This document shows positions 1-12,369 of a DNA stretch of 38,331 nt, in pieces. The notes beneath the pieces were generated by a model. The model did not search any database, was not told the origin of the DNA, and saw nothing but the letters and a program-made list of their open reading frames with translations. How positions within the stretch are numbered: the first letter of the stretch is position 1; each line of letters starts with the position of its first letter. The DNA is from a bacterium (lineage in GTDB: Bacteria > JACRDZ01 > JAQUKH01), in contig JAQUKH010000004.1 in NCBI GenBank assembly GCA_028719205.1, positions 1-38,331 on the forward strand. The letters are read 5' to 3'. The position numbers were made by a program, and so were the translations under genes.

Positions 1-124
1 CAAATCCGCCTACCGACAACACTTTTGTTATCGCGCTTGTCAATGTTGTCTTTCCATGATCTACATGCCCTATTGTCCCTATATTTACATGCGGCTTCTT
101 TCTATCAAATTTTTCTTTAGCCAT
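1..124 (-). CDS. tuf: Elongation factor Tu, second copy, 5' fragment only (cut by window start)
   Basis: ATG at 124 reads [36 protein letters not shown] at 131-135. Bases 1-127 are identical to 15691-15817. Follows fusA. Not in the ORF track. Confidence 0.97.
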   Translation of the reverse strand, partial: MAKEKFDRKKPHVNIGTIGHVDHGKTTLTSAITKVLSVGGF

Positions 125-127
125 GAC
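1..127. repeat. Exact 127-bp direct repeat, copy 1 (copy 2 at 15691-15817; tuf 5' ends)
   Basis: Base-by-base identity; first mismatch at 128 vs 15818. Confidence 0.95.
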
Positions 128-142
128 ATCCTCCTATTTTAC

Positions 143-2230
143 TTATTTACTTCCTTGAACCTTTTCAATCAACTGATCTGCAATCGGTTTTGGCAGATCC
201 GCATATTGTGAAAACTGCATTGTATAAGTCGCCCTGCCCTGGGTAAGAGACCTCAAGGTAGTCGCATATCCAAAAATCGCTGACAAAGGAACGGTTCCTT
301 TTATTATCTGCGCGTTTGCCTTAATAGTAACACCTTCTATTTTTCCTCTACGGCTGCTAAGGTCACCAATAACATCTCCCATAAATTCTTCAGGGGTTAC
401 TATTTCAATTTCCATAATTGGTTCCATTAAAACAGGTGACGCAAGCTTAGCGCAACTTTTAAACGCCATAGAGGCCGCTATTTTAAAAGCTATTTCTGAA
501 GAATCCACATCATGGTAAGATCCATCAAGGAGAGTAGCCTTAATTCCAACCACCGGATAACCGGCCAAAACACCGCCATCCATAGCTTCCTGAATACCTT
601 TTTCTATAGGGTTTATAAACTCTTTTGGTATTGATCCACCTACAACTTTATTAACAAATTCAAGCCGTTTTTCTTTTGTACTTATCGGCTCTATCTTTAA
701 AACTACATGTCCGTATTGGCCGCGACCTCCAGTTTGCCTTATATATTTGCCTTCTGCTTCAGCCTCTTTTTTAATTGTCTCTCTATAAGCTACCTGAGGT
801 TTCCCGACATTCGCCCCTACATTAAATTCACGAAGCATCCTGTCAACTAAAATCTCAAGATGTAATTCACCCATTCCGGAAATAATCGTCTGCCCTGTTT
901 CTTCATTTACACTAACTCTAAATGTCGGATCTTCTTCTGCCAATTTAAATAACGATTCTCCCAGTTTTTTCTGATCAATTTTCGTTTTTGGCTCAATGGC
1001 AATCGATATAACCGGCTCAGGGAAAATCATTTCCTCCAAGATCACGGGTTTATCTTCCAGACACAGCGTATCACCTGTGGTCGTATATTTTAAACCGACA
1101 GATGCAACGATATCTCCCGCATAACATTCTTCTATTTCCTGCCTTTTATTCGCATGCATCTGCAATAAACGGCCGATACGTTCTCTCTTTTCAGCTCTTG
1201 AATTATAAACATAGGATCCCGCGCTTAATTTTCCTGAATATACGCGAAAATATGTCAACCTGCCAACAAAAGGATCAGTCATTATCTTAAACGCTAAAGC
1301 GCTAAAAGGTTCATTTTCATCAGCATGACGTTCTATTTCATTGCCAGTAGAAGAATCTTTACCTTTTATCGATGGTATATCCAAAGGACTTGGAAGATAA
1401 TCTACAACAGCATCCAAAAGAGCCTGCACGCCTTTATTCTTTAATGAAGCCCCACACAAAACAGGATAAATCTTAATTGCAACAGTAGCCCGTCTTATTG
1501 CGTCAGCCAATTCAACGTTTGTAACAGGAACACCATTAACAAATTTTTCCATTAACGCTTCATCCACTTCACTAACAGCTTCAACTAGTTTTTCACGATT
1601 TTTTAAAGCTTCTTCTTTTAAATTTTCAGGAATATCCTCAATTTCAAAATCTTTATTGCTATCTTCACTAACCCATGCTATTTTCTTCATCTTAACTAAA
1701 TCTATTGCTCCGGTAAACTCATCCTCTTTCCCTATCGGGATTTGAATAGGTTGGGCATTTGCACCCAATTTTTCCTTCATTTCTTTAATACAATTCCAGA
1801 AATCAGATCCCCTGCGGTCCATTTTATTTATAAATGCTATCCTTGGCACATTATATTTATCTGCCTGGCGCCATACAGTTTCTGACTGAGGCTCAACTCC
1901 GCCTACCGCGCAAAACACAGCGATCGCGCCGTCTAAAACTCTCAAAGAACGCTCAACTTCTATTGTAAAATCCACATGTCCCGGAGTATCAATTAAATTT
2001 AAACGATTATTTCGCCAACTACAAGTAGTCGCGGCTGACGTAATTGTTATTCCTCTTTCTTTTTCCTGAACCATCCAATCCATTTCAGTCGCACCATCGT
2101 GAACTTCCCCTATCTTATGGATTTTTCCCGAATAAAATAGAATACGTTCCGTAGTCGTAGTCTTACCAGCGTCAATATGTGCCATAACGCCAAAATTTCT
2201 AGTCATTGCTAAGGGGACCGCTCGTCCCAT
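143..2230 (-). CDS. fusA: Elongation factor G
   Basis: [38 protein letters not shown] motifs. Start moved from track 2248 to ATG 2230 because SD AGGAGG lies at 2239-2244. Confidence 0.98.
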   Translation of the reverse strand: MGRAVPLAMTRNFGVMAHIDAGKTTTTERILFYSGKIHKIGEVHDGATEMDWMVQEKERGITITSAATTCSWRNNRLNLIDTPGHVDFTIEVERSLRVLDGAIAVFCAVGGVEPQSETVWRQADKYNVPRIAFINKMDRRGSDFWNCIKEMKEKLGANAQPIQIPIGKEDEFTGAIDLVKMKKIAWVSEDSNKDFEIEDIPENLKEEALKNREKLVEAVSEVDEALMEKFVNGVPVTNVELADAIRRATVAIKIYPVLCGASLKNKGVQALLDAVVDYLPSPLDIPSIKGKDSSTGNEIERHADENEPFSALAFKIMTDPFVGRLTYFRVYSGKLSAGSYVYNSRAEKRERIGRLLQMHANKRQEIEECYAGDIVASVGLKYTTTGDTLCLEDKPVILEEMIFPEPVISIAIEPKTKIDQKKLGESLFKLAEEDPTFRVSVNEETGQTIISGMGELHLEILVDRMLREFNVGANVGKPQVAYRETIKKEAEAEGKYIRQTGGRGQYGHVVLKIEPISTKEKRLEFVNKVVGGSIPKEFINPIEKGIQEAMDGGVLAGYPVVGIKATLLDGSYHDVDSSEIAFKIAASMAFKSCAKLASPVLMEPIMEIEIVTPEEFMGDVIGDLSSRRGKIEGVTIKANAQIIKGTVPLSAIFGYATTLRSLTQGRATYTMQFSQYADLPKPIADQLIEKVQGSK

Positions 2231-2373
2231 AAAAGTAACCTCCTTCAAATTAATTACAATTAATAAGTTTTAAGCAAGCATCTAATTATTTGAAAGAGTT
2301 AGGTTTTCCTTTTCTCCTCCTATTTAATTCCATGTTTATAGCTTAAAACTAACAACTTATAACTATATTAAAA

Positions 2374-2844
2374 CTACCATCTATAATGCGCAAAAGCTTT
2401 ATTAGCTTCAGCCATCTTATGAGTGTCTTCTTTTTTCTTTACTGAACCACCCTGTTTTTTACTCGCATCAATTATTTCAGAAGCTAAATTATGCGCCATT
2501 GTTTTTTCTTTTCTATCGCGCGAATAACCTATCATCCAACGGGTCGCTAAAGCTATTCTCCTGTCAGGATTAACTTCAACAGGAACCTGATAAGTTGAAC
2601 CTCCTACCCGCCTCGATTTTACCTCAACATAAGGCTTAACATTATCCAGCGCTCTATTAAAAACATCCATCGGATTTTCTTTTGTAATTTCTTCCACCCG
2701 CTCCATCGCGCTATAAAAAATTCCTTCCGCTGTACTCTTCTTCCCCGTGACCATAAGTTTATTTATAAACTTATTAATTGCATCACTATTAAATTTTGCA
2801 TCAAAATCTATTCTTTTTGTAATTACAATCTTTTTCCTTGACAT
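2374..2844 (-). CDS. rpsG: 30S ribosomal protein S7
   Basis: EVKSRRVGGSTYQVP, HKMAEANKAFAHYRW; str-operon position. Confidence 0.99.
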   Translation of the reverse strand: MSRKKIVITKRIDFDAKFNSDAINKFINKLMVTGKKSTAEGIFYSAMERVEEITKENPMDVFNRALDNVKPYVEVKSRRVGGSTYQVPVEVNPDRRIALATRWMIGYSRDRKEKTMAHNLASEIIDASKKQGGSVKKKEDTHKMAEANKAFAHYRW

Positions 2845-2855
2845 TATATCTCCTG

Positions 2856-3239
2856 TTACTTACTTTCTACTTTTGGCCTTTTTGCGCCATATTTTGACCG
2901 ACTTTGTTTTCTACCCTGAACACCCATAGAATCCAATACACCACGCACAATATGATACCTTACGCCCGGCAGATCCTTAACCCTTCCGCCCCGGATTAAA
3001 ACAATTGAATGCTCCTGTAAATTATGCCCTATTCCCGGGATATAAGTAGTTGCCTCTATTCCATTAGTTAATCTGACTTTTGCAACCTTTCTTAAGGCCG
3101 AATTAGGTTTTTTAGGAGTAGTCGTATATACCCTTATACAAACCCCTCGTTTTTGAGGACATTCCTGTAATGCTGGAGATGAACTTTTCCAAGCAAGTTT
3201 TTTTCTTCCACTTCTTATTAATTGATTAATTGTCGGCAT
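2856..3239 (-). CDS. rpsL: 30S ribosomal protein S12
   Basis: [31 protein letters not shown]. Confidence 0.99.
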   Translation of the reverse strand: MPTINQLIRSGRKKLAWKSSSPALQECPQKRGVCIRVYTTTPKKPNSALRKVAKVRLTNGIEATTYIPGIGHNLQEHSIVLIRGGRVKDLPGVRYHIVRGVLDSMGVQGRKQSRSKYGAKRPKVESK

Positions 3240-3279
3240 ATATTCCTTTTATTAAATCTTAACTTTAGTTAAAATTTGA

Positions 3280-6200
3280 TTATTCACTTTTTAATTGAAC
3301 TTCCGGTTCAATCTTTTCAACATCTTTTCTATATCTGTCCATTCCAGTCCCAGCTGGAATCAAATGACCAATAACCACATTCTCTTTTAATCCTCTTAAA
3401 AAATCACATTTTCCTGATACTGCGGCTTCTGTTAAAACACGGGTAGTCTCCTGGAACGAGGCCGCGGAAATAAAACTTTCTGTTCTTAAACTTGCTTTTG
3501 TAATACCCAAGAGTATCGGCATCGCCGTAGCAGGACTACCACCTGCAGCCATAACTCGTTCATTTTCTTCTTTAAACTCAACCTTATCAATCTCTTCACG
3601 GGATAAAAATATTGTATCTCCTGATTCATCTATTTTTACCTTTCTAAGCATCTGCCTTACAATAATTTCTATATGTTTATCATTAATATTTACACCCTGT
3701 AAACGATAAACCTCCTGAACTTCATCTACTAAATATCTTTGCAATGCCTCCACACCTTTTACCCGCAAAATATCATGGAGATTAAGAGACCCATCCATCA
3801 ACTGTTCTCCTGCTCTGACTTTATCACCTTCACGAACAGTAAGATGCTTACCCTGCGCGATCAAATATTCCTTTTCCATATTTGTTTCTTCATTATAAAC
3901 AATTATCTTTCTTAACCCCTTAGCTATACCGGCAAATCTCACAATTCCATCAATCTCCGATATTATAGCATACTCTTTCGGACGGCGCGCCTCAAATAAT
4001 TCAGCAACTCTAGGCAATCCACCTGTAATATCCTTAGTTTTAGTAGTCTCGCGCGGAATCTTTGCTAAAATATCGCCTGCCGCAATAGTATCACCATTAT
4101 TCACAGCCAGATGGGCTTTGATAGGCATAGAATAGCGGGCCAACGCCTCACCGGATTTATCAGTTATAATTATCTGGGGTTGCAAGGTTTCTTCTTTATG
4201 TTCAACAATCAGCCTTTCCTTCAAACCGGAATCCCTGTCCAATTCCTCGCGCATTGTAACGCCTTCTTTTATATCTTTAAAAACTACTTTACCTGTATGC
4301 TCATTCAATATTAAAATATTATATGAATCCCACTGTGCTAATATATCGCCTTCTTTTACTTTAGCGCCTTCCTTTATCAACAATTCCGCACCATAATAAA
4401 CTGTGTGTCTCTCTGTTTCTCTTCCTGCCTCATTGCTTACCGAAATCTCTCCCTGACGGCTAAGCACAACCGTTATACCATTGGACTTTGCGATAGCTCT
4501 CATATCATGGAAATTAACAATTCCCTGATTTTTGGCTTCAATCCGAGATTGTTCAACTACCCGGCTTGCTGTACCACCGATATGAAATGTTCTCATTGTC
4601 AACTGCGTTCCAGGCTCTCCAATACTCTGAGCCGCTATAACACCAACCGCCTCTCCCAAATCTACTAACCTGCCGTTGGCTAAATTTCTTCCATAACATT
4701 TCGCGCATACCCCTCTTTTGGCTTCACAAGTTAAAACAGACCGAATTCGTATGCGTTCAATTCCGCTCTTCTCTATTTTTGCGGCTGAAACCTCATTTAC
4801 TTCTTCACCCGCACTCACAATCAATTCATCAGAAATAGGATCCACGATATTGTCCAAGGCAACCCTTCCCAAAACGCGGTCTCCCAATTTTTCTATAACT
4901 TCTCCAGCTTCTTTTATTGCTTCGATTTTAATACCATTCGCCGTACCACAATCTTCTTCGATTATAATAGCATCCTGCGCCACATCAACCAAACGCCTTG
5001 TTAAATATCCCGAATCAGCTGTTTTCAACGCGGTATCAGCTAAACCTTTTCTACCTCCATGAGTAGAAATAAAATATTCCAAAACTGTTAATCCTTCACG
5101 GAAATTTGCCATAATTGGTGATTCTATGATCTCTCCGGACGGTTTAGCCATAAGGCCTCTCATTCCGGCTAACTGCCTGATCTGCTGCTTACTACCACGG
5201 GAACCTGACTCGCTCATCATAAAAATAGAGTTAAACTTACCTTTAACGTCGATCTCTTCCCGTAATTCAGTAAATAACTTGTCCGTTATTTCGTCACCGG
5301 CATGCGTCCATGTATCTATTACCTTATTATGTCTCTCTCCCTCAGTGATAACACCTTTTCTATATTGATTTTCCAAAACCTGAACCTTTGCTATTGACTT
5401 GTCCAATATCTTTCTCTTTTCCTTAGGTATTATCATATCATCAATCGAGATCGAAATACCTGCTAATGTAGCATGCTCAAATCCTATACTTTTCAATCTA
5501 TCCAAGAGAAGAACCGTTGGTTCCTGTCCAAGTTTATAATAACATTGAGTTACTAGTTTTACTAATAGCCCTTTGTCCATACTTCTATTAACAAACCTTA
5601 ATTCATCCGGCAGCAACTGATTAAAAATAACGCGGCCTGTTGTTGTTTCCAAAAGCTTTCCGTTCATTCTAACCTTTATTTTTGCATGCAAACCAAGCTC
5701 TTTGGATTCATAAGCAAAAACCACCTCGTCCGGATTAGAAAAAATATGGCCTTCACCTTTTTCTCCAAATTTAGGAGATGTCAAGTAAAAACAACCTAAA
5801 ACCATGTCCTGTGTCGGAGTTGTGATCGGTTTACCATTTGATGGAGACAGAATATTATTAGTCACCATAAGTAAAACCTTCGACTCTATTTGAGCCTCGA
5901 CAGATAACGGAACATGAACTGCCATCTGGTCACCATCAAAATCCGCATTAAATGCCGCACAAACAAGCGGGTGGATCTGAATAGCCTTTCCGTCAACTAA
6001 AACCGGCTCAAAACCTTGTATTCCTAAACGATGAAGTGTAGGCGCGCGGTTTAAAAGAATTGTATGTCCTTTAACAACATCCTCTAAAATATCCCAGACT
6101 TCCGGCCGAACATCCTCAACCATTTTCTTTGCGCTCTTAATTGTATGCGTAAATCCTTTTTCATCTAATTTTTTTATAATAAACGGCTTGAATAATTCCA

Positions 6201-7317
6201 AAGCCATTTTCTTCGGCAACCCACACTGGTGCAGTTTCAATTCCGGACCAACTACTATTACTGAACGGCCGGAATAATCCACCCTCTTACCTAATAAATT
6301 CTGGCGAAATCTACCTTGTTTTCCGCGAAGCATACTGCTTAAAGATTTTAACGGCCTTTTCCCAGGACCTTTTACCGCCTGCCCGCGCCGACCATTATCA
6401 AAAAGCGCGTCTACTGCCTCCTGAAGCATCCTTTTTTCATTCCGTATAATAACATCAGGAGCCCTTAATTCAATAAGTTTTTTTAATCTGTTATTACGAT
6501 TAATAACTCTTCTGTATAGATCATTCAAATCTGATGTTGCAAACCGTCCGCCATCTAACGGAACCAAAGGCCTGAGTTCCGCAGGAAGCACAGGAACAAT
6601 ATCCATGATCATCCATTCCGGCAGATTACCCGATTTTCTAAAAGCCTCCACAACATTTAATCTTTTAATTATCTTTTTCTTCTTTAAAACTGAAGCTTCT
6701 TTTGATTCAAGCCTCAATTCCTCACTCATTTTTTTGACATCTATCTCTCTTAATAGGATCCTTATTCCTTCCGCACCCATTTTTGCGGAAAATGAGTTAT
6801 CTCCAAATTTTTCGCGGGCCTTACGATACTCTTCTTCATTCAATAGTTGTTTTTTATGAAAATTCGTCTTTCCCGGATCTATAACTATATAATCTTCATA
6901 ATATAAAATTCTCTCAAGGGACGATAATGATATATCCAACAGATAACCTATTCTGCTTGGAGTCCCCTTAAAAAACCATATATGAGAAACTGGTGTAGCT
7001 AATTCAATATGCCCCATTCTTTCGCGGCGTACTTTAGCCTGTGTAATTTCAACTCCGCACCTGTCACAAATAACACCTTTATGTTTTATTCCTTTGTACT
7101 TTCCACAATTACAAACCCAATCTTTTACAGGCCCAAAAATCTTTTCACAAAACAAACCATCTTTTTCGGGCTTAAATGTCCTGTAATTAATCGTCTCAGG
7201 TTTTTTTACCTCACCATGCGACCAGGAAATTACCATTTCGGGAGAAGCTAAACTAATTCTAATAGAATTAAAATCTTTTTTCTCTTCGCCTTTTAACTTT
7301 TTTATTAAATCTTGCAT
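3280..7317 (-). CDS. rpoC: RNA polymerase beta' subunit
   Basis: NADFDGD catalytic motif, N-terminal Zn-finger cysteines, [16 protein letters not shown] followed by a long trigger-loop insertion, DITGGLPRV. Confidence 0.99.
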   Translation of the reverse strand: MQDLIKKLKGEEKKDFNSIRISLASPEMVISWSHGEVKKPETINYRTFKPEKDGLFCEKIFGPVKDWVCNCGKYKGIKHKGVICDRCGVEITQAKVRRERMGHIELATPVSHIWFFKGTPSRIGYLLDISLSSLERILYYEDYIVIDPGKTNFHKKQLLNEEEYRKAREKFGDNSFSAKMGAEGIRILLREIDVKKMSEELRLESKEASVLKKKKIIKRLNVVEAFRKSGNLPEWMIMDIVPVLPAELRPLVPLDGGRFATSDLNDLYRRVINRNNRLKKLIELRAPDVIIRNEKRMLQEAVDALFDNGRRGQAVKGPGKRPLKSLSSMLRGKQGRFRQNLLGKRVDYSGRSVIVVGPELKLHQCGLPKKMALELFKPFIIKKLDEKGFTHTIKSAKKMVEDVRPEVWDILEDVVKGHTILLNRAPTLHRLGIQGFEPVLVDGKAIQIHPLVCAAFNADFDGDQMAVHVPLSVEAQIESKVLLMVTNNILSPSNGKPITTPTQDMVLGCFYLTSPKFGEKGEGHIFSNPDEVVFAYESKELGLHAKIKVRMNGKLLETTTGRVIFNQLLPDELRFVNRSMDKGLLVKLVTQCYYKLGQEPTVLLLDRLKSIGFEHATLAGISISIDDMIIPKEKRKILDKSIAKVQVLENQYRKGVITEGERHNKVIDTWTHAGDEITDKLFTELREEIDVKGKFNSIFMMSESGSRGSKQQIRQLAGMRGLMAKPSGEIIESPIMANFREGLTVLEYFISTHGGRKGLADTALKTADSGYLTRRLVDVAQDAIIIEEDCGTANGIKIEAIKEAGEVIEKLGDRVLGRVALDNIVDPISDELIVSAGEEVNEVSAAKIEKSGIERIRIRSVLTCEAKRGVCAKCYGRNLANGRLVDLGEAVGVIAAQSIGEPGTQLTMRTFHIGGTASRVVEQSRIEAKNQGIVNFHDMRAIAKSNGITVVLSRQGEISVSNEAGRETERHTVYYGAELLIKEGAKVKEGDILAQWDSYNILILNEHTGKVVFKDIKEGVTMREELDRDSGLKERLIVEHKEETLQPQIIITDKSGEALARYSMPIKAHLAVNNGDTIAAGDILAKIPRETTKTKDITGGLPRVAELFEARRPKEYAIISEIDGIVRFAGIAKGLRKIIVYNEETNMEKEYLIAQGKHLTVREGDKVRAGEQLMDGSLNLHDILRVKGVEALQRYLVDEVQEVYRLQGVNINDKHIEIIVRQMLRKVKIDESGDTIFLSREEIDKVEFKEENERVMAAGGSPATAMPILLGITKASLRTESFISAASFQETTRVLTEAAVSGKCDFLRGLKENVVIGHLIPAGTGMDRYRKDVEKIEPEVQLKSE

Positions 7318-7323
7318 AATTTA

Positions 7324-10300
7324 TTACTTCTTATCTTTTTTCTTTTTCTTTTTATCTTTTTTTTCAGTTTTTTTATCTTCGCGCCCCTGAGTACTTCCAG
7401 CTTCTAAATTCTTTTCAGCATTCTCATCCCCAATTTCTCTTGTAATATTTAAACCCAAACTACGCAATTCTTTTTCAAGAACATTAAATGACTCCGGCAT
7501 ACCCGCCTCTAATATATTATTTCCCTTAACAATCGATTCATAAATCCTGGTACGACCCACAACATCATCACTCTTTACAGTCAATAATTCCTGCAAAGTA
7601 TATGCCGCGCCATACGCCTCCAGAGCCCAAACTTCCATTTCTCCAAACCTCTGGCCGCCAAATTGAGCCTTTCCGCCCAAGGGCTGTTGAGTAACCAATG
7701 AATACGGCCCGATCGAACGCGCGTGGATCTTATCATCAACTAAATGAGCTAATTTCAATATATATATATAACCAACAGTAATATCCTGGGCAAACACCTC
7801 ACCTGTCCTGCCATCATATAACTTTGTCTTCCCGCTTTCAGGTAATCCTGCTTTTTTTAGCAAGTCTTTAATCTCTATTTCTTTTGCACCATCAAAAACC
7901 GGAGAAGCAATATGACAACCTAATTTATGAGCAGCCCAACCTAAATGAGTTTCTAAAATCTGGCCTACGTTCATACGCGAAGGAACACCTAAAGGATTAA
8001 GAATAATATCTACCGGCGTTCCATCTTCTAAATACGGCATATCTTCTTCCGCAACGATCCTTGCAACCACTCCTTTATTTCCATGACGGCCCGCAATTTT
8101 ATCGCCGACTGATAATTTGCGCTTCTTAGCTATATATACTTTTACTAATTTTATAACACCAGGAGGAAGTTCATCTCCCTTTTTAATTTTTTCAAGCTGA
8201 ATCTCTTTTTCCTGCTCAATTTCCGAGATTTTTGTCTGAGCTTCTAATTTAATAGATTGAATTTTTGCCATAATCTCTTTATCAGTAACTTTAATACTCT
8301 TAATCTGGCTTGATTTCAATTTTTCTAATCTGGCAGCAGTCAATGTATTCCCGCTTTTAATTATTATCTTTTTATTTTCTTCATTAACAACATTGTTACT
8401 TGATGCCAATCCTTCAATTATTTTTACGATATCTTCACTCATCTTTTTTTCTATTGAGTTACATTTCTTTAAATATTCTTTTTCAATCTCTTTGGATTTT
8501 TGTTTTTCCTCTTCTTTTGTCTTTTCATCCTTATCTTTCTCGCTGCGAGAGAAAACTTTAACATCAATAGCTTTTCCCTCAACACCAGGCGAAGCCCTTA
8601 AAGAAGCATCTCTGGCATCTCCCGCTTTTTCTCCAAAAATAGCCCTTAGCAACTTTTCTTCCGGAGTCAATTCAACTTCACCCTTTGGGCTGATCTTCCC
8701 TACTAATATATCACCCGGTTTAACATCCGCCCCAATCCTGATAATTCCCCGGTCGTCTAAATTTTTTATCGCTTCTTCACTTACATTAGGAATATCACGG
8801 GTAATCTCTTCTTTTCCAAGTTTTGTATCCCGCGCCTCCAACTCAAAACGCTCTATGTGTATAGATGTAAAAAAATCTTTTTTTACAATATTTTCATTTA
8901 TAACAATCGCATCTTCAAAGTTATATCCGCACCATGGCATAAACGCGACCAAAATATTTTGACCCAACGCCAATTCTCCTAACTCAGTGGCAGGACCATC
9001 CGCAATTATATAACCAGCTTTTACTTTATCCCCTACTGAAACCAGGGGTTTTTGATTTATACATGTATCCTGATTAGAACGTTTAAATTTCATTAACGCA
9101 TAAACATCTTTTTGTAACTTTTTCTTATCTTCGTCCATATATGAAACAGCAATTTCATTTGCTGAAACAGATTCAACAATGCCGCTATGTTCCGCAATAA
9201 TTACCCCTCCGGAATCACGCGCTACCCTATATTCCATACCAGTACCAATAATCGGAGACTCTGCTCGGAGCAAAGGTACCGCCTGCCTCTGCATGTTAGA
9301 ACCCATTAACGCTCTGTTAGCATCATCATGTTCCAAAAATGGGATCAAAGAGGTTGCTATACTAACGAGCTGTTTGGGAGAAACATCCATATAATGAATT
9401 TCAGGCGGAACAATCATCGGAAAATCACCTTTATGCCGGGCAGAAATCCTATCGGATAGGAATTTACCCTTGCTATCAACCACAACATTTGCCTGCGCTA
9501 TAATATATTTATCCTCTACATCCGCGGATAAATAGTCAATAGAATCACCTACCACACCTTTAGTTACTTTTCTATACGGTGTTTCAATAAAACCATACTC
9601 GTTAACTCTCGCATATGTACTTAAAGAAACAATCAAACCAATATTAGGGCCTTCCGGCGTTTCAATCGGACAAACGCGGCCATAATGGGTATAATGAACA
9701 TCTCTAACTTCAAAGCCTGCCCGTTCTCTTGAAAGTCCGCCAGGACCTAAGGCTGATAGCCTTCTTTTGTGTGTCAATTCACTTAAAGGATTCGTCTGAT
9801 CCATAAACTGAGAAAGCTGGCTGCTTCCAAAAAATTCCCGCGCTGCCGCCGTTAATGGCTTTGCATTTATTAAATGACTAGGCATAACAACTTCCATATC
9901 TGAAATTGACATTCGCTCTTTTACAGTACGCTCCATCCTGGCCAAACCGATCCTTATCTGATTCTGCAGCAATTCACCTGCAGACCTGACACGCCTATTT
10001 CCAAGATGATCTATATCCTCCAGAACCTCTCCTTCATGTTTCAACATTAACAGTGCTTTTATAGTCCCTACAACATCTTCTTTTCTCAAAGTCCTTATAT
10101 CAATAGAAACATCAAGCCCTAATCTTCTATTTAACATATAACGCCCTACCCGGGACAAATCATATCTTCTCTGATTAAAAAACAAACGATCCAATAACGC
10201 TTGCGCGCTTTCAACACTGGGCGGATCCCCCGGCCTTTGTTTTTTGTAAATTTCAATTAAAGCTTCTTTTGTTGTATATACGGTATCTTTTAGAAGTGTT

Positions 10301-11211
10301 GTCCTGACAGGAGAATATTCTGATAATTTTCCGTCAAGAACCTTTATTTCTTTTATATCAGCTTTTTTTAAACTATCAAACAAATCCGATGTAATTGCCT
10401 GGTTGACCTGTGCTATTATTTCTCCGGTAGAAACATCCACAACATCTTGCCCTAACACCAAATCAACAACCTCTTTTTTTGTTTTCTTCCGTAAATCCAC
10501 TTTTATAACATCAAAAAATAAACCTAAAATATCTTCGCTTGAACCATACCCCAATGCCCTTAAGAGCAATGTTGCAGGGAATTTTCTTTTTCTATCAATA
10601 CGAGCATAAATAATTTCCCGGGCATCTACCTCAAAAGACATCCAGGCACCCTGATAAGGAATAATCTCAGACATATACAATCTTCTGCCTAAAGTATGCC
10701 TGCCCGCTTTTTCTTCCGTAGAAAAAGCTACACCTGGCGATCGATGCAACTGACTTACGATAACTCTCTCAGCGCCATTAATTACAAATGTACCCCGATC
10801 AGTCATCAAAGGCAATTCACCCATAAACACTTCCTGCTCTTTAATACTTTTCACCTTTTTCTCACCGGAGGTTTTATCATCTTCACGAATTATAAGGCGG
10901 GTTTTTATCCGTAAAGGGGCAGTATAAGACATGTCTCTTTCCTGACACTTCAGCACAGAATATTTTGGTTTACCAAAATTATAGCTGACAAATTCCAGCG
11001 TGGCGTTTCCTTTAAAATCTGTAATAGGAAACACTTTACAAAACGCCTCATGAAGCCCTTGCATCTTCCTTTTTTCCAGAGGTATATCCATTTGCAGAAA
11101 TTCTTCGTAGGAATTTTTTTGAATTTCCATCAAATTAGGAACATCCAAAACTTCCGGAATTTTTGAAAATGTTAATCTTTTTCTTAAACCAAATTTTTTA
11201 AATTCTGCCAT
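7324..11211 (-). CDS. rpoB: RNA polymerase beta subunit
   Basis: [54 protein letters not shown]. Confidence 0.99.
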   Translation of the reverse strand: MAEFKKFGLRKRLTFSKIPEVLDVPNLMEIQKNSYEEFLQMDIPLEKRKMQGLHEAFCKVFPITDFKGNATLEFVSYNFGKPKYSVLKCQERDMSYTAPLRIKTRLIIREDDKTSGEKKVKSIKEQEVFMGELPLMTDRGTFVINGAERVIVSQLHRSPGVAFSTEEKAGRHTLGRRLYMSEIIPYQGAWMSFEVDAREIIYARIDRKRKFPATLLLRALGYGSSEDILGLFFDVIKVDLRKKTKKEVVDLVLGQDVVDVSTGEIIAQVNQAITSDLFDSLKKADIKEIKVLDGKLSEYSPVRTTLLKDTVYTTKEALIEIYKKQRPGDPPSVESAQALLDRLFFNQRRYDLSRVGRYMLNRRLGLDVSIDIRTLRKEDVVGTIKALLMLKHEGEVLEDIDHLGNRRVRSAGELLQNQIRIGLARMERTVKERMSISDMEVVMPSHLINAKPLTAAAREFFGSSQLSQFMDQTNPLSELTHKRRLSALGPGGLSRERAGFEVRDVHYTHYGRVCPIETPEGPNIGLIVSLSTYARVNEYGFIETPYRKVTKGVVGDSIDYLSADVEDKYIIAQANVVVDSKGKFLSDRISARHKGDFPMIVPPEIHYMDVSPKQLVSIATSLIPFLEHDDANRALMGSNMQRQAVPLLRAESPIIGTGMEYRVARDSGGVIIAEHSGIVESVSANEIAVSYMDEDKKKLQKDVYALMKFKRSNQDTCINQKPLVSVGDKVKAGYIIADGPATELGELALGQNILVAFMPWCGYNFEDAIVINENIVKKDFFTSIHIERFELEARDTKLGKEEITRDIPNVSEEAIKNLDDRGIIRIGADVKPGDILVGKISPKGEVELTPEEKLLRAIFGEKAGDARDASLRASPGVEGKAIDVKVFSRSEKDKDEKTKEEEKQKSKEIEKEYLKKCNSIEKKMSEDIVKIIEGLASSNNVVNEENKKIIIKSGNTLTAARLEKLKSSQIKSIKVTDKEIMAKIQSIKLEAQTKISEIEQEKEIQLEKIKKGDELPPGVIKLVKVYIAKKRKLSVGDKIAGRHGNKGVVARIVAEEDMPYLEDGTPVDIILNPLGVPSRMNVGQILETHLGWAAHKLGCHIASPVFDGAKEIEIKDLLKKAGLPESGKTKLYDGRTGEVFAQDITVGYIYILKLAHLVDDKIHARSIGPYSLVTQQPLGGKAQFGGQRFGEMEVWALEAYGAAYTLQELLTVKSDDVVGRTRIYESIVKGNNILEAGMPESFNVLEKELRSLGLNITREIGDENAEKNLEAGSTQGREDKKTEKKDKKKKKKDKK

Positions 11212-11240
11212 AATTACCTAAATTCATATACAAAATTTTT

Positions 11241-11270
11241 ATTTTATCACATCTAATACATTCATGTCAA
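11241..11270 (-). promoter_or_regulatory. Sigma70-type promoter for rpoBC
   Basis: TTGACA (11270-11265), 18-bp spacer, extended -10 TGnTAAAAT (hexamer 11246-11241). Lies downstream of the rplL terminator. Confidence 0.7.
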
Positions 11271-11280
11271 CACAAATCGT

Positions 11281-11325
11281 TAAAAAATAACAAAAGAGGG
11301 AACCCAACTTTATTTTTCCCTCTTT
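11281..11325 (-). terminator. Intrinsic terminator after rplL
   Basis: Perfect 10-bp inverted repeat AAAGAGGGAA/TTCCCTCTTT (11293-11302, 11316-11325) followed on the minus strand by TGTTATTTTTT. Confidence 0.7.
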
Positions 11326-11339
11326 AATCCTCATAAAAA

Positions 11340-11738
11340 CTATTTTATCTCTATCGTAGCGCCTTGTTCTTCTAACTTAGCCTTCATCTTTTCAGCTTCT
11401 TCTTTGCTGGTTTTTTCTTTAACGCTCTTAGGCGCAGTGTCAACTAAATCCTTTGCTTCTTTCAATCCCAACCCTGTAAGTTCTCTAACTACTTTGATGA
11501 CTTGGATCTTCTTTTCTCCGACAGCAGTGAGGATAACATCGTATTCTGTCTTTTCAGTTTTAGCAGCTGTTTCGCCTGCGGCACCGCCGGCAGAAGCCAT
11601 AGGAGCAAACCCCATCGGCATACCACTTTGTGCTTTTACCCCAAATTTTTCTTCAATTGCTTTAACCAATTCAGACAATTCCAGCACACTTAATTTCCCA
11701 ATATTTTCTACCATTTCATTTATCTTTGATTCAGACAT
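11340..11738 (-). CDS. rplL: 50S ribosomal protein L7/L12
   Basis: [42 protein letters not shown]. Confidence 0.99.
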   Translation of the reverse strand: MSESKINEMVENIGKLSVLELSELVKAIEEKFGVKAQSGMPMGFAPMASAGGAAGETAAKTEKTEYDVILTAVGEKKIQVIKVVRELTGLGLKEAKDLVDTAPKSVKEKTSKEEAEKMKAKLEEQGATIEIK

Positions 11739-11806
11739 TTCTTACTCCTTTCCTTGTCGCTTTAAAATTTATTTTTATTATTAACCAGGATCCGTAACCC
11801 CTTACT

Positions 11807-12337
11807 CTAAACAGCAGTTTTTTCTTTTTTAAGTTTTATCTCATTAACAACTGAAACCATATTTTGCAAATTGGCCTGTAAAACATTTGCAAGATTAAAC
11901 AACGGCCCTTTTAGACATGACACCAACTGTGATAATAATACTTCTCTTGAAGGCAACTTTGACAATTTATTAAGCATTACATCATCTATTACACTGGCCC
12001 CGTCTAACACCCCAACTTTTATTTTAAAATTTTCATTTTTCTTGCTGAAATCAATCAAAACCTTAATTATCGCAGTTTCATCTTTATAACCAAATGCTAT
12101 CGCAGTAGGCCCTTTAAGATAACTTTCTAATCCACTCAAACCCAGTTTTTTTGAAGCTATACCTGTCAATGTATTTTTCACGACATGGTACTCGCCTCCC
12201 ACTTCTCTTATTTTTGTTCTTAAAATATTTATGTTTTCAACATTCAAACCACGATACTCTGTAAAAACACAATATTTAGCCTTTGCAATCTTATCTTGCA
12301 ATTCTTCAACTTTTTTTTGTTTTTCCGTCCTAATCAC
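11807..12337 (-). CDS. rplJ: 50S ribosomal protein L10
   Basis: EYRGLNV, VVKNTL, LKGPTAIAF, LPSREVLL. GTG at 12337 preferred over track 12352 because SD-like GGGGGTGA precedes it. Confidence 0.95.
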   Translation of the reverse strand: MIRTEKQKKVEELQDKIAKAKYCVFTEYRGLNVENINILRTKIREVGGEYHVVKNTLTGIASKKLGLSGLESYLKGPTAIAFGYKDETAIIKVLIDFSKKNENFKIKVGVLDGASVIDDVMLNKLSKLPSREVLLSQLVSCLKGPLFNLANVLQANLQNMVSVVNEIKLKKEKTAV

Positions 12338-12369
12338 TACTTTCACCCCCATTCAGGTAAACAGTTATT

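Noticed and set aside
7315-7326. rpoB and rpoC are in the same frame, 6 nt apart, suggesting a readthrough RpoBC fusion
   Set aside because: Two tandem TAA stops precede ATT-ATG. Frameshifting on the upstream A runs would leave the rpoC frame.
2856-9840. Streptomycin (rpsL) or rifampicin (rpoB) resistance alleles
   Set aside because: S12 TPKKPNS and RVKDLPG and the RpoB cluster-I sequence are wild-type-like.
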